From: a virus
Taxonomy: Duplodnaviria; Caudoviricetes
DNA: 56,092 bases
IMG/VR virus record: IMGVR_UViG_3300021959_000049
Span: 1-56,092 of that record
Reading direction: 5' to 3' (one strand)
Below are positions 56,084 to 56,092 of the stretch, in pieces (the stretch's first letter is position 1; the number at the start of each line of letters is the position of its first letter). A program made the position numbers and the translations under genes. The notes under the pieces are model-generated. The model saw only the letters and a program-made list of their open reading frames with translations, did no database searches and was not told the origin of the DNA.

Positions 56084-56092
56084 CCGCTCCAT

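Overview
The window is an apparently complete, circularly assembled genome of a tailed dsDNA phage with a siphovirus-type tail module, about 55,957 bp once the 126-bp end overlap is removed. The host is probably an actinobacterium, judged from high GC, AGAAAGG-type ribosome-binding sites, TTG-N17-TANNNT promoters and actinophage-like genes. There are three blocks: (1) leftward early/accessory genes, about 1-11.6 kb, continuing across the contig junction; (2) a rightward packaging, lysis and virion block, about 11.8-40.6 kb (TerS, amidase, TerL, portal, scaffold, decoration protein, major capsid, a 1339-aa MuF-like metallopeptidase fusion, tail genes with a -1 frameshift, tape measure, fibres); (3) a leftward replication and nucleotide-metabolism block, about 40.8-55.5 kb (ThyX-like, DnaE, HAD nucleotidase, FAD oxidoreductase, primase-MCM fusion, SSB, Sak4-like ATPase, Cas4-like exonuclease, SNF2 helicase). 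I recognised no integrase, tRNA or CRISPR. The most striking unexplained signal is the intergenic region at about 55.6-55.72 kb. Its minus-strand RNA would display, in hairpin loops, perfect complements of the GAAAGGCAA(C) motif preceding eight early genes and of the different RBS of a ninth early gene, which suggests a trans-acting anti-RBS small RNA. Other findings are 8-bp-periodic TTC arrays, a 5-copy motif in conserved divergent geometry, a structured leader RNA and a three-member HTH-like paralog family. All calls come from reading the sequence and recognising motifs; no searches were run.
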